From assembly GCF_030028105.1 (NCBI RefSeq), contig NC_092394.1, forward strand, positions 45,548,477 to 45,612,476: 64,000 nucleotides of DNA, in the 5' to 3' direction. Shown piece by piece: positions 12,810 to 26,019 of this stretch (positions are counted from its first letter, which is position 1; every line of letters begins with the position of its first letter). The notes beneath the pieces were generated by a model that saw nothing but the letters and a program-made list of their open reading frames with translations, was not told the origin of the DNA and did no database searches. The DNA comes from Mobula birostris (taxonomy: Eukaryota). Made by a program: the position numbers and the translations under genes.

Positions 12810-12981
12810 TAGTTTTCACTGATCTACTATTGGCAACTAGACTTCTTTTTAGCTGCCAGAGCCTTAGCTCTAAACTTCCAATTTTTTTTTAATATATACA
12901 TATTAAAAATTAGGGAAGTTTAGAGCCAAGGCTCTGGCAGCTAAAAAGACCTAGTTACCAATAGTGAATCAGTGAAAACTA
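12810..12981. repeat. Long palindrome (arms about 82-86 bp, about 4-nt centre)
   Basis: The left arm tagttttcactgatctactattggcaactag...taaacttcc...ttaatat is the near reverse complement of atattaaaaattagggaagtttagag...atcagtgaaaacta. Confidence 0.92.
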
Positions 12982-13397
12982 TATACGAGATACACACATA
13001 TAATAACTTCCCTTGAGATACTCCATAAAATCTTCCTCTTTGACCAATATCTGATATAGCTACTCTGAACTTTTGAAAGGCATTACAAGAATGCAAGATG
13101 TTGCAAGCACATTTAAGGCAGATGTGTCACAAAGATGGAGCATTTTAGTTTGAACACACTACATATCCATAGCAAAAATCAGGCTGCTATAGAACACAAC
13201 CATATAGTTTGCTACCAAACTGAGCAGACACAAGATGTGTTAAAACATTGATTTGTATCCCCTGAACCCAGAGTGCATCACCAACTTATTCTCAATATTT
13301 CCACATGAAGCTTAAAGTAAGGTTCATGCCAACTATGTTCTGCTATATCATGTGGAACTGCAAATTAATATAGTGCATTCAAGCTTTAATACGATAC

Positions 13398-13962
13398 CTT
13401 GAACCATTAGTGACATGTGAAATGGACGCTGTAGGTAACCCTGTTGTAGCTATTGCTGAGCAAGGCCCATGTAGATTTCCCGTGGGAACTGGACCCACAG
13501 ATACTGTTCTCTTACTGTAAGGAAAGTATCCGTGGTTAGGAGACATGATCTGAGAGGACCTGCTGGAAGTCTGTTGAGAAGGTCCTGCCAAGTTGTAGGG
13601 AGTATGTCGACTACGATTTAAAATAGGTCCTGAGGCTACATAAGGTAGGCACTGATGACAAGAACAGTTTTGACCTCTGTGCAGTGGTGGATATGGTGCA
13701 TCAGAACATCTTTGAATTCGTCTCCGGAATCCAGTACTTCTATTTATCTGACATAGACTGGCCAAATCCACCATATAGTTGTATCCGAAGTTCCCTAAAT
13801 CAGCTACTTGTTGTCTTCCAGTGAAGCAATCCTCTAAGAAAATAGAAATGGCTGTTTCATAGGCTGTCCATCCACCTTCATCGTTTTCCCATTGCCATAC
13901 CAATCCTTGTCCTGGTGCAGTTGACTGAGCATATAGTTGCCTCCTGACTCTTCGCATTCTTC
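13398..13962 (-). CDS. DTX2: Deltex-2 second coding exon (WWE domain 2 + Pro/Ser-rich linker)
   Basis: Acceptor ttttacag|GA joins in phase to give [39 protein letters not shown]...GYNYMVDL. Probable donor AG|GTATCG at 13397. RING and C-terminal exons were not found in the window. Confidence 0.88.
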
Positions 13963-14095
13963 CTGTAAAAATTAAAATAAATTTAAATTCAGAGAGAACA
14001 CGGAAGGAATAGAGAAGATTAAATAATCAATATTTTTCTTTGGGATATGCCGCTTGGTAGCCAAATGATATCACATTTATTTTTCCTCAACTGTA

Positions 14096-14579
14096 CAGGT
14101 GTGCACCGCTTCACATCCATTCAGACAACGCCCGATCGTATATATATCCATAGTCCCAATCAGAGAACATGACGTAGCGGACGTAACCAATCTTGTGGAT
14201 CGCGCGTCTTTCGAAAATATTACCGTAAAGTACATCATGGCTTCCAAATGCAGCAAAACCACTCCTAGTGATAGCAGCAGCAAGAGGCAAAGGACAAGTA
14301 TTGATTTGGAGGTGAAACAAAAGGTTGTTAAACAATATGAAGGTGGAAAACCAGTGAATGTTATTGCTTGGGATCTAGGCATGTCACACTCGACAAACAC
14401 AACGATCCTGAAAAACAAAGAAAAAATTCTCGAAGCTGTTAAAGGATCGGCTTCACTGAATTTAGTCAATACAGGTACGTTAGCTAAGTATATAATATGG
14501 TGTTTGCACAACGTCCAAATCACATAACGTCCGATTTCACAGAACGTATCGTGGATGTTAGTTAAGCAACGCATGCCTG
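14096..14579 (+). mobile_element. Tigger-like non-autonomous DNA transposon, 484 bp
   Basis: TA TSDs; TIRs CAGGTGTGCACCGCTTCAC / GTTAAGCAACGCATGCCTG; retains the N-terminal HTH KRQRTSIDLEVKQKVVKQYEGG...STNTTILKNKEKI. Confidence 0.85.
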
Positions 14580-15970
14580 TAAGTTGTTCCACCCCAAGTT
14601 TTTGTAACGGAGGTAGTTAATTAAAATCTTACAATATTTAATTTACATTGCCTATCTTTTCTACTTTCTTAAAACTATTTAGATTATACTGGGGAACATT
14701 AAAATGCTATATCCCAACCTTTAATTTAGCTGTCAGATATAGAATGACTTAATGGTTTTATTTGCTGTTTATCACCTTTTGCCTGCTTGTGTCCTCCACA
14801 CAGCCTGCTTTCCCATTTTTTTTGGGAGATCAGGACGTTTTGGCCACAATCTGTGACTAATATAGACTAGGAGTAACGTTGATCCCACCTGTCTAGCTTA
14901 CTAACCTGAAAATGACTCATTTTATTCTGGGAAAATGAATAAAGAACTGTTTTTCTTTAACAATTGCTCTGTGACTCTTCCAGGAGCAGCTGAATCACTT
15001 GCCATCCTCTTATCTGGGAAGTAACCACAAGAATTCTGATTTTTTTTTCACTATTACATCACTTACTGTGTGCGAGTTAGTCTTGAATGATCCACTGACT
15101 TTCATTGCAACATCCGGAGCTTCCACAGTGAAATCTATCTACTTAAAAGGCCAACTTTTCTTCAAAGGTTTAGTTGGACCCATGTTAGAGCATCAGTACA
15201 TTGTTGTACTCTAATACATGTAATGATTTGGAGTTTGCATTCTTATACAGTACTCTATTTCCTGTCTATTACTCTCATTTAGATCAGTGCCTCTACAAAA
15301 GCTAGTTAAAAGTTAAAACATTTGCTTCATCTTTGTTAGAAAATGATTACTTTCAATTTCAGAACAGATTTGGCTGACATGGAATCTACAGTCCTATTTT
15401 ACAACACTCAGTTCAGCTGTACAATCCCTCCTAACACTAACATACTCCCAATAAACATGCAATTTCACTTTACAATTGTCCATTACAGAAACAACCATGA
15501 AATGCATTTAACAATCACTTCTGCACATAGAGTTTCCTGTTATTCTTTCCAACTTCCTGTGCAGGCTGCAACTTTTAAAACTAGCACATATCTTCCTGCT
15601 TACATGTCAGTCAGAATTCTTTTTATCTATTTTTCTGAACTGTCCCATCCTGTTGATATCACAATTCAGTCCTTTCTCACATTTCAATTAGAATGAATTA
15701 AAACCTGTACCAATAATTTTAAGTTTGGAAATAATCAGGACCAAACGAAGGTACTGAATCCCTGCCAGTTTGCAAAACTACATAATACAAAGGCTACTCA
15801 AATCAGTCCCTGAAAGGGAGGACAAATGAAAAAGAAAGTCCACTTCAAAACAAAGTAGTCTTTTATCAGCCATTTCATGAAAAAGGTTACCAGGATGGCT
15901 GCCACAAGTGACAGCAAAGTGCATTTAGTATGCCTAATCCTAAAATTTAATACCACAGATGAAAACTGTG

Positions 15971-16511
15971 AAACATAGAAACACAGAAAATAGGTGCAGG
16001 AGTAGGCCATTCGGCCCTTCGAGCCTGCACCGCCATTCAGTATGATCATGGCTGAACCGTGTACCTGCCTTCTCTCCATACCCCCTGATCCCTTTAGCCA
16101 CAAGGGCCATATCTAACTCCCTCTTAAATATAGCCAATGAACTGGCCTCAACTGTTTCCTGTGGCAGAGAATTCCACAGATTCACCACTCTGCGTGAAGA
16201 AGTTTTTCCTCATCTCGGCCCTAAAAGGCTTCCCCTTTATCCTTAAACTGTGACCCCTCGTTCTGGACTTACCCAACATCAGGAACAATCTTCCTGCATC
16301 TAGCCTGTCCAACCCCTTTAGAATTGTATACGTTTCAATAAGATCCCCCCTCAATCTTCTAAATTCCAACGAGTATAAGCCTAGTTGATCCAGTCTTTCA
16401 TCATATGAAAGTCCTGCCATCCCACAAATCAATCTGGTGAACCTTCTTTGTACTCCCTCTATGGCAAGAATGTCTTTCCTCGGATTAGGGGACCAAAACT
16501 GCACACAATCC
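15971..16511 (-). mobile_element. Young 5'-truncated CR1 LINE
   Basis: CVQFWSP...IEGVQRRFTRLI...LYSLEFRRLRGDLIE; (TTTCTATG)-type tail at the left end. Confidence 0.9.
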
Positions 16512-19500
16512 CTTACTACTGGCATCTCCGCACTACAAAATTAATCCAAAAAAGAACTAATTTTGTTTGGAAACTCTTAATGTTCCTGTGATCCACAATT
16601 GAACATTCTTTGCCTTCAAACAAAAACACTGCACAGACCTACAAAAGTCCATATGTTAGCTGCAGCTACACAGTACTACAAGCTCCCTCAACATGAATGA
16701 AACAAGCAGAAATAAATCAAGTTGCTTTTCCTCAGAACTGGGAACTGGGACTTGGGAAAGAGAAAAACAATTGATACTCAAGCCAATCTTGCTCTTCACT
16801 TGGCCTCATGCTACACAGACTGGCAACTTTGTGGATGCTACTCTCCACTTGAGTCAATATTACCAAGAGGCAGGACAGGCTGTGGAGACTGAATCATCTT
16901 ATTGCTCTCGGATCAAGCAATAAGCACTTAGATACATATTCAAAATTTCTTGATTTTTCAGAGATCAACCAAAGCTATGATCAAACTTGTTGCCCTGGAT
17001 GCCTACTTTAATAATACTTTCTGCGCACAATATGAGTTTGAAATCCCAAGTACTTCAAAACAAAAATGTGAGGACAACTCATAACCTCACCTGCTTATAA
17101 AAATACTATGACCGGAACCATCTTATACCATTGAGTTCATAGTGGCTGTAGTTTCATTCAGCAGTGCCCAGTAAATGAAAAACATTTGTTTCAAATTTCA
17201 TAGCACATTACCTTTTTTAGCCTAATATTGACTTTTACAGCATTACCAAAGTCTGCGACCTATATTTATCTATATAAACGTGCCTACAGGTGAATTCTAG
17301 CAATAATCTCTCTAAACCAAAGTGTGGCTTTAACTAGCATTTCATCTTTTGCTGCTTTCTGGAAATAGGCCTATCCGTTTTTTTTCCTCAGTTCCAAACT
17401 GTCCCAGGTACATTAACACTATATTGCTAAAATCAAAATGGGATTACATACAAATTTGTGCAGTATACAAGAACAAAGTAATTGTCTGTCAACCTTCAAA
17501 ATTATATTTTGCTATGCCTGCATGTAAAATTAGTTTCAATAATCCTTATCTTTGATCTTTATTATGTTGACCTGCTTCTCACGTACAAAGAAAAGGGCTG
17601 TCATATTCCACATTGACAATAAGTTGTCAGCACAACGTTCTGAAGTGCAACATTACGAATCACGTTGAACTAGGAGCCATGAACTGGTTGAAAACATGCT
17701 TCTCCAGATGCTTTTCTCATCCCCAGCACCCATGTACTTCAATGACCTTTTCTTCCTTGCACAATTGTCAGCACCTCAAAAAATTCACTACAGTATAGAT
17801 ACTAATCTGTGCTATCCTTTCTCTGCTCAGCTTTCCCTTTCCCCCATTGTAATTACTGTCTCCCATTCTTCCTCTAATCCCCTTCCCCCCCAACTTTTGC
17901 ATTAGTTCCAGGTTTGAACCTTTCAGCTTTCCTGAGCCTCAAATTTAAATCTGACTTGGCTAATTATAGATCAGAAGACTAACCAACTCCTTGCAAATTT
18001 TGACAACTTGCATTTATGTAGCACAAAATCACCTCTCAGTCACAACCCAAACCACACTGCACATAACTTGCTTTGAAATACTAGAGTAGATGGATGCTTG
18101 AAGTGTATTTGGTGACTGGTTTGCACACAACAGAAGCCACAACAAAAATGCAATGACTACACAGCGATAACATTTTTGACGGTTTGTGAGGGAAGAATGC
18201 AGGGCACCATTCTCTGCCAAAGATTTAATGACCATCTTGGTTTTGTGTCTCCCATGTACAGTAACACCTCTGATATACAGTTGCTTGGTTCTACATTGAA
18301 GTGTGACAGCTTCCATTTAATGTCTGCATCCTGATGCCAGGCATAAATCTACGAAGTTCTTACTGCTGCCAACTTATATTAGTGTTATACACTTTTTTCA
18401 GTATACATTGATTTCATGAGATATTTGTAATTTCATGTCCAAAATATGTAACTGCAGCACCACATCAAATTTAACTTAATTCAGTGTCTGAATTGTTGTA
18501 CAGCTGTACTGAATTATTAGCACATATGTGTGACGATAGTTTACCCAACCATTTTAGACTTGCATACAGAGGCATGTGAACAATGGTACCAATTATTTTG
18601 TCAATGCTGTATTTGGCCAAACTCATGAAGACATGCAGCTGCCAGCAACAACAGCCCCTCAGTTGCCTTACAATACTGTTTCAGCCCAAGTATTTCAAAC
18701 TTCAAGTATCCTGAAGGGGCTATGTCTGTCACACTGAGTTTATTATCACTTTACTAACACCATCTGCTGTTCCTGAGATTCTTTGTTGCTCGCATTTCAG
18801 ATTTCCAGCATATTGTTTGAAATTTAATGCAGAGAAATACTATGCTCCAGGAAGCACATTTAAGTGACAGACTTAAAAAAAAAACCTGAGCGTTCAAATG
18901 CACGGATGTTTGCTGCAAGAGACGAAAAGGTGCAACATAAATACAAGCCAAAACATTTTACATATAAAGAAATAGGTGCCAAGTCAAAGTGAGGCAAAAT
19001 GTGAGACTTGGTTGGAGTGATATTTCAGAATGATTTAAAGATGGGGAAGGAGAAAGGTCTGGAAGCAAATTCTATGGTATAGAACCAAGGTTGCAGACCA
19101 ATGAAGAAACTGAAGGAAATTTTCAGAATGTTTCACTGATGGTGGAGATCTCAGGAGGAAGCAGAGATAGATCATTCACCTAGCACTTCTGGCTATTATC
19201 TCTCCATTATAATAAGGTGGTTTCGTCAACAGTAAAGATATACCTGTGACCGACAGAGTGGTGGGGATAATGTCAAATCAGCTCATTGCTCAAGGGCAAT
19301 TACTCATGACCCGGCTGAGACCCAATCTGACAGATGGGGACTTCAGATCTGGGCCAGTGATAGTGTCACCAAGCCACTCTTGGATGTCAACTTCAAAACT
19401 CCAGAGGAGCTTAATCAAGCCTCGAATTAGGAGAAATTTCTCCACGCAGTGTGATTTATTGCAATTCTCTACTCAGAGGGCTGTGGAGGCTGTCATTGAT

Positions 19501-20533
19501 GAAAAACTCAAGATCAACAAGTTTGGATACTAGAAAATCAAAGAATGATGTAGGAAAATACTGATCATCGCCCATGAATTTGCTGAATGGCAGGGCAGAT
19601 TCAAGAGACCAAATGACCAATCCTATTCTCATTTATGTTTTTAAATCAAATACAATGAAGCCCCCCTCCCCAACACTCGGAAAACACACGTTCTCTTATT
19701 TTCAAACGTAGTGGAAATAAGATAGCCTAGTGTAACCAGGGAAAGATTCCTCGCTCATGTTTGACCTTGAGATTTCACAGAGCCTGGAGTAAACTTTGAA
19801 GACTCCCTGGATGACTGCCTAATGTCTGCAAACACTGTGCCCTGCAGGACAGGGTGTACCCAAGGATTGCAATGGAAGAGTCCAGCGCAATGACTGCAAG
19901 TTATGTGGGTACGGCCATGTCAGGACACTGAATGACAAACCTGTGGGAAAGCTCTTTGAATTTAGACCTCTGTTTGCCAGATGTTCACAAGGAAGAACCA
20001 GAGTTGGGCTGGGAGGAAAGGTACCCAAGTCAATGATGGTGGTCCGTCTAGCTTTGTTCTGTGGTAATTACTTTAATGTGGCAGTTATAGAAGACCTGAA
20101 TGCCCCGCTAGGACATTTGCAAGTGTTTAAGAGTCGACAACAATGTTATGTATGAAAACTATCAGAGGCAAGACAGGACAGATACTAGCGGACCACGTGG
20201 GTTATTTTTCGACCATAAGACCATAAGATATAGGAGCAGAATTAGGCCATTTGGCCCATCAAGTCTGCTTCACCATTTAAAGACCATCCAGATGCTCTGT
20301 GGTCATCAATAATACGACCAGTACTAATATCTATCCATAGTATCCTTTTGCCTTAAGTCACATATTTACAGATACTGACTGCAAAGTTGCAACGGTAAAC
20401 CAACCATCTTCCTCAGGCACAAGTTAGTCGAGTGACAAGTTCCCCCTAAAGGCACCTTGTCATTTGATTAACTTGAGCCCGAGGAAGGCAGTCAGGTTTA
20501 CCGTTGAAACACTGCAATCAGTATCTGTAAGTA

Positions 20534-20695
20534 CAAACCCCATTTCCAGAAAAGTTGGGATATTTTCCAAAATGCAATAAAAACAAAAATCTGTGATATG
20601 TTAATTCACGTGAACCTTTATTTAACTGACAAAAGTACAAAGAAAAGATTTTCAATAGTTTTACTGACCAACTTAATTTCTGGAAATGGAGTTTG
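20534..20695. mobile_element. 162-bp Tc1 deletion derivative / MITE
   Basis: TA-flanked TIRs CAAACCCCATTTCCAGAAA / TTTCTGGAAATGGAGTTTG. Confidence 0.82.
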
Positions 20696-22299
20696 TATGT
20701 ATCTGTTAAAGCCAAAGGATACTATCGATAGATTTGATAACCTGTCACAAAGCTTCCACAGTCATCGGTATTAATAATTGGGAATTATAAACACCATTTC
20801 TAAATTCAAATCCCACTGTGGGAGATGAACTCATTATTCAATCCTCTTGTAACTTGACCTCTGTGCTACCACCAAGCTCTTTGTAAGAGTTTACTGGTCT
20901 TACAGCTAATCAACTTTACTTTATATTCTTACAGGAACTATTTTCAGCATTCTCTATAGAACCAACAACTCAGCCATAGCAGCAATCTGAAATAAAATCC
21001 TTAAAAGCCTCAACAAGTCTAGTAGTATCAAATCAGGATGATCTTTCAGTAGTATCAAACTAGACAGTTATCAAATCAGGATGATCTTTCTTCCAAACTG
21101 AACAGAGGTGGTTGGATTGCTCTTTGTGGAAAACAGTCAGCCTCTGGCATAGCAGTCATTCACCAATTTCTGCATCAAGTAGAGGTATTGTACACTGCTT
21201 CTGAATGCATCATGGAGACTAAAACTTTACAATGTAGCTGAAGGTGAGGAGAAGAAAATTACTCTGATAAACTCCCCATGATGTCCTGTGTTGAGGAATG
21301 TGCATGATGAAGCCAACAGTTTTAGGTTTAACACAAGCCTGTACAGAATTGTTTCCCCTATGCCTTTCAATTTTACTCAGATTTCTCAGTCAAAAACTCC
21401 TTCATGTTAAGGACAGTCACTTATCTCATCTCTAGATCTGAGCTTTATTTACTCATATTTAGAAAGCAGTTGCAATGAGCCCGAAAGACAAGAGATCACA
21501 GTTAGGTGCAGCCTCTGGGCCATGTGGATAAACTGATTAATTTGACTTCAGGTGATCCCATTGGTGACACTTTTGAAGGTGTTAAAAAAAGAGCTAATCT
21601 AAGTGTCAAAACACCATTAATCTGGAACCACTGTGCCTGTTTGTTACTGGGAGTAGCTTTTGATGTCCGATTTTAAGCACAGCACACCATCAATTGTTTA
21701 CTTTGACATTGCGGTGTTCGCACCGAGCTTAGCAATTAGCTTGCTGACATTTTATTGCCAGTCGAGGTGACGTCCTCAGTGCGTAGCAATTGCCAAGCTC
21801 AGCAAACGCTGCAACATCAAACACCTTGACCCATGCTACCAATATCCAACATCATACTAGACAAGATTTTTCAAGGCAATTGGACAGAGCTATTGGGGGA
21901 GAAGGTAATGTGTAAAATCTTGATTGCAAAGATTTGAGTACAAAAAAACTATGCTGATATATTGGTGCTCTCTGTGGACATTCTCCACTGAACTTGTTAA
22001 AGCTGGGAAAATATAAAGTCCCCAAGATCCTAATTCAAATAACAGAGGAATTAACTCCAGCATGCCAACTAATATTTAAACTGATTAACACCACAGAAAT
22101 AGCATTGCACTTAGAGCATACACAAACTGCCTTACTTCCTACTTCAACAACAATACTTCAAAAACACTTCATTAACTGTAGAACACATGGGATGATAAAA
22201 CTACTAAATTATCTCAATTCTAGCAAGGTCAGAGGGTTGTAAAATTACCACCACTATTCAGGGCCAAAGATAAAAAGCCATATAACCATATAGATTGAT

Positions 22300-23460
22300 C
22301 ATTGCAATAATGCCCTGAGGTAATAGCAGAACAATTTAGAAAAATAATCACAAGATAATTGAGCAGAATTTATATAGTTTTATAAAGGGGAAATGTTTGA
22401 CCAATCTGCTAGCGTTCTGAGGCTGTAACAAAAAGGGCAGATAAAAGGGAACTGGCAGATGGAATATATTTAGATTTCTAAAGTGTTGGTAATGTGCCCA
22501 GTTGCTGCAGACACTATGGCTTGGGAGAGGAGTAAGGGTGGGTCATTTTCATACCAGCAATCAAGGATCAGCGTCAGGGCCTCAGTTATTAAGAGTCCAT
22601 ATTAATAACGGGTGACAGGACCGAGTCATTAGTGTAGATGGCTGCAGTCATTTACTGATGATACAGAGATAGATGACCTAGTAAATTGTCAGACAGGTCT
22701 AAAGGAATTAAACGCATGACCAAAAAGTAGAATGTTGGAAAATGTGAAGATATGCACTCTGGAATGAAAAAGTAACTTAATATTTAAAAGGGAAGATACC
22801 ATCAACACAAAGGGATGTTGGAGTCATTGTGCTAAAAACCGTGTAGTCAAGTGCTGTAATTCGAAAAACTAGTGAAGTGCTGCCAATTATTGCCAGTGGT
22901 ACAAAATAAAGATGCTTTGCTACAACTGCATAGTTGTATCAAAATATCTCTATGGTACATCTTTACTGGTGAAACCATGGAGTATTGAATACAGTTCAGT
23001 TTCCTTTTTAAGCAATTATATCATTTAATTGAAGGCAGTGCAGAGGTCACCCACGATTCCTGGGATGAAAGGAATAATACGCAGAAAGATATAATTTACA
23101 CTTAGGAGTAACAGAATCTTATTAAATTGATCTTATTAAAATTCAAGTGTCTGAGGTGGCTTGATAGGTCTTCGCTGAGAGAATGTCTCCTATGGGAATA
23201 TTTAAAATAGAGGGCATTGTTACAGAATAAGGGGTGAACTATTTCAAACAGAGACCAGTAGCAATTCTTCTCTCAAGAGTTATATATTCTCTACTACTGA
23301 GAGAATTGACAAAGTCTAAATATATTTAAAGAAATGAACAGAGACAGACTCCAAAGGCATGAAGCTATGGAGAGACCACAATGAAAGTAGCTGGTTAACC
23401 ATCTTAATGAATGGTAAAGCAGCTTAAGGAGCTGACTGCCTTGCTCCTGCTGTTTACTAC
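22300..23460 (+). mobile_element. Old degenerate CR1 LINE
   Basis: Colinear decayed similarity to the CR1 RT and 3' region at 30700-32100. Confidence 0.6.
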
Positions 23461-24019
23461 TTTTTTTCCTTACATAAAATCCAAAAACATCAACTGCAAT
23501 TATCAAGTCTGAACCTCCTAAGGAGATATGCATTTGTTAATTTCTTTACTTATGTAATTCCTAACTTTAAGACTGTAAAAATTACATTTATTTTGGAAAC
23601 AAGTATAAGTACTTCCAATGAAAAGATTCTCTACCTCAAAAACTAGACGTCATAAATATACTAAGAAATATGTAGTCCGCTGGAAACAATTAAAAACAGA
23701 AACAACGAAGTAACTGGAACACATCTGTTTAGCGATGTCGTTAATCTCTTACAAACCTTCTAAATATCAAGGTTAAAAAAAATAGTGGATTACCGCAAAG
23801 GAGATATGAGAAAATATCTACAGATACGTGATTTATAAAGTTGAAGACAAGACTCAAGTGCAGTTACCTCAGGTACACTAAAAACAGCACATTGTAACTA
23901 AATACTATATTTTAAGTAAACAAAAGGCCATTCTGACGTGAAGTTATGAATATTGAGCAATAACTAGACAACAGCAATAGAGAGCCGGACATGCAGAACA
24001 GCATTAAATGCTAATACGA

Positions 24020-24650
24020 ATCGACGTTAGCAGTAGGTGGCTGAGTGGCCGTACCGGTGTCCTGGCGGAACTGGTGGAGTGTAGGGATATCGATTATGTA
24101 GGGGGCTAGCCAGGGGTCGGCCTGACCCAGCGCGATGCTCTGGGTTCCTTTGCCGGTGGCCGCCGCCGCCGCCGCTCCGTGTAGCTGCTGCAGGCTGCGC
24201 TCGACGTGCTCGCTCACTCGGCTGCTGTAGGGCCTCCAGTGGCCCGCCTCGTCCTCCCACTCCCATACCACTACCTGCGGCCCCTGGGCCACCGCCACCG
24301 CCACCGCCCCCACCCCGGCTGCAGGGAAGCTTGAGGCGCCACCGCCTCCCGCAGCCGCCCCTCCGCTTCCGTACGCCGAGGCCGCCATGTCGTGCTCCCT
24401 TCCCGGAGTAAACCGCGAGCGACAACCACGGACAACTTTCGGATCTAAGCTCCTCCCTCTGCTGTCTCCAGGAAAAAGGGGGAAGGCGTCACCGCGCTGC
24501 ACCTTGGGCAATGTAGTTTATTGTGTCAGGATTCCGAGGATCTCACATCCAGTTTGCCCACTGACGGACTACAACTCCCATGAGCACAGTGACTCGCAGT
24601 CAGCTGACGGTTATGGGCAGGTGCGAGTGTAACAGCGGAGCTGCGAAACT
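24020..24650. promoter_or_regulatory. DTX2 CpG island and promoter with two ZNF143/THAP11-type ACTACAnnTCCCA motifs
   Basis: CpG-dense. ACTACAACTCCCATGAGCAC at 24568-24587 (+) and the variant ACTACATTGCCCAAGGTGCA at 24498-24517 (-). Confidence 0.72.
24055..24388 (-). CDS. DTX2: Deltex-2 E3 ligase, first coding exon (WWE domain 1)
   Basis: ATG at 24388 gives MAASAYGSGG...VVVWEWEDEAGHWRPYSSRVSEHVE...IALGQADPWLAPYIIDIPTLHQFRQDTG, the Deltex WWE1 signature. Donor G|GTACGG at 24054; 334 nt, phase 1; lies in a CpG island. Confidence 0.9.
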
Positions 24651-24944
24651 TGTGGAGAACTTTTCATCATTCTGTTGTTGTAGTTGTTGGGCACCAGGAG
24701 AGAACTGCATTGGGAATGCGAGCTCAGCAATCACAGAAATTGTGGATTGAAAACAAAAACAAAGCGAATGTTGGAAATGTAAAATTGTAATGGAAAAACC
24801 CTGCAGAAAAATATTTCAGCTCAAAGATCGTTGCCACAAAGTGAAACTTCGTAGCTTTTATAGTCCTCTATCTATTTTTAAACGCGTATTCAATTCATCC
24901 CGGAAGTTTACACCCCACATTTAATCATTGCTGGGCCTCTTCAT

Positions 24945-25150
24945 TTGGGGTAGCGGTTAGCGCGACACCATTACAACTCGGGGCAACAGGGTTCGGAGTT
25001 CAGTTCTGGTGTCCCCTAAAAGTCTCCTTTGTTCGTCCACCCCAAGAACGCCAGGGTGTCCTCCTACAGTCCAATAACCTTCCCGGTAGGTTAATTAATC
25101 ATTATAAACTGTCCTAAACTAGGCTTAAAAGCTCGTTGGGGCGGAAGTAT
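24945..25150 (+). mobile_element. tRNA-derived SINE remnant
   Basis: gtagcggttagcgcgac...ggagttcagttc A/B-box-like head; related to the copies at 26020-26265 and 56650-56930. Confidence 0.6.
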
Positions 25151-26019
25151 ATAATTGATGATCCAACTGTTCAATGGCTTGTATTAGAAGAGATTGTGGA
25201 TAAATAACATTGCAAAACTGAAAGAAAAGGAAATCTACAAAAGGACATTTATGATGTAAATAGGAGTGACAGAAGGGGTCATTACTCGGTGCTGCTCCCA
25301 TTTCCAGCAATATGGGCTAGGTCTGCACATTCTCCCTGTGACCACGTACCTTCCCCTCGAGGATCAGGTTTCCTCCCTAGTGCAGATAAATCAATTGGTT
25401 ACTGTGAAAGGGCAAAATAATCACAAAGTTTCGCTTTTAGGCTCCTGAGGAAAAACGCTGCAGAGGTACAGGGATAGAATTGATAGGAGCACTGCTGAGA
25501 TTTTGTATGGTCACAATGGGATGAGTAACCTCCTGAGTCATACGGTAAGCAAGTAAAAACAACTTGGTGATGGGAGTTAACATTATCTGCCTTAAATCTT
25601 CCTCTAGCAAAAACACTCTTTCAGAGAAGTATACGGAAATTCAGGATTGATTGTAAGTATATTTACCCCTGTCAATCTCCTCATTTGGCTGACCTGCCTT
25701 CCCAGAGAATCTACAGTATATTCCATTGATAGCAAGTAAGTTCTTCTTTAGGTAGAAACCAAAATTGTGCGCAAAACCACAGGTGTGGTTTCAACAAGGT
25801 CCTGTATAATTGTGGTAAAACATTATTCTTAAACATTATTTATTCTTGTACTCAAATTCTCTTGCAGAGAAGACCCATATACAATTTCCCTTTCTAATTG
25901 CCTGAGGCTCTTGCACATTAGCTGGCAGTTACTTGTGGACAAGGGTGCTTGGATCCTTTGAACATCGACATGCCTAAGTCTGTCATCATTGAAAATGACT
26001 TTATTATTTATTTATTGAG

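Noticed and set aside
21020-21090. Direct repeats tatcaaatcaggatgatctttc as a CRISPR-like array
   Set aside because: Two-copy local duplication in eukaryotic DNA, with no spacer series or cas genes.
24389-24511. 41-aa upstream extension of DTX2, and overlapping ORFs 24027-24425 and 24387-24632
   Set aside because: They start at non-ATG or promoter-internal codons and are GC-rich open frames with no domain similarity.
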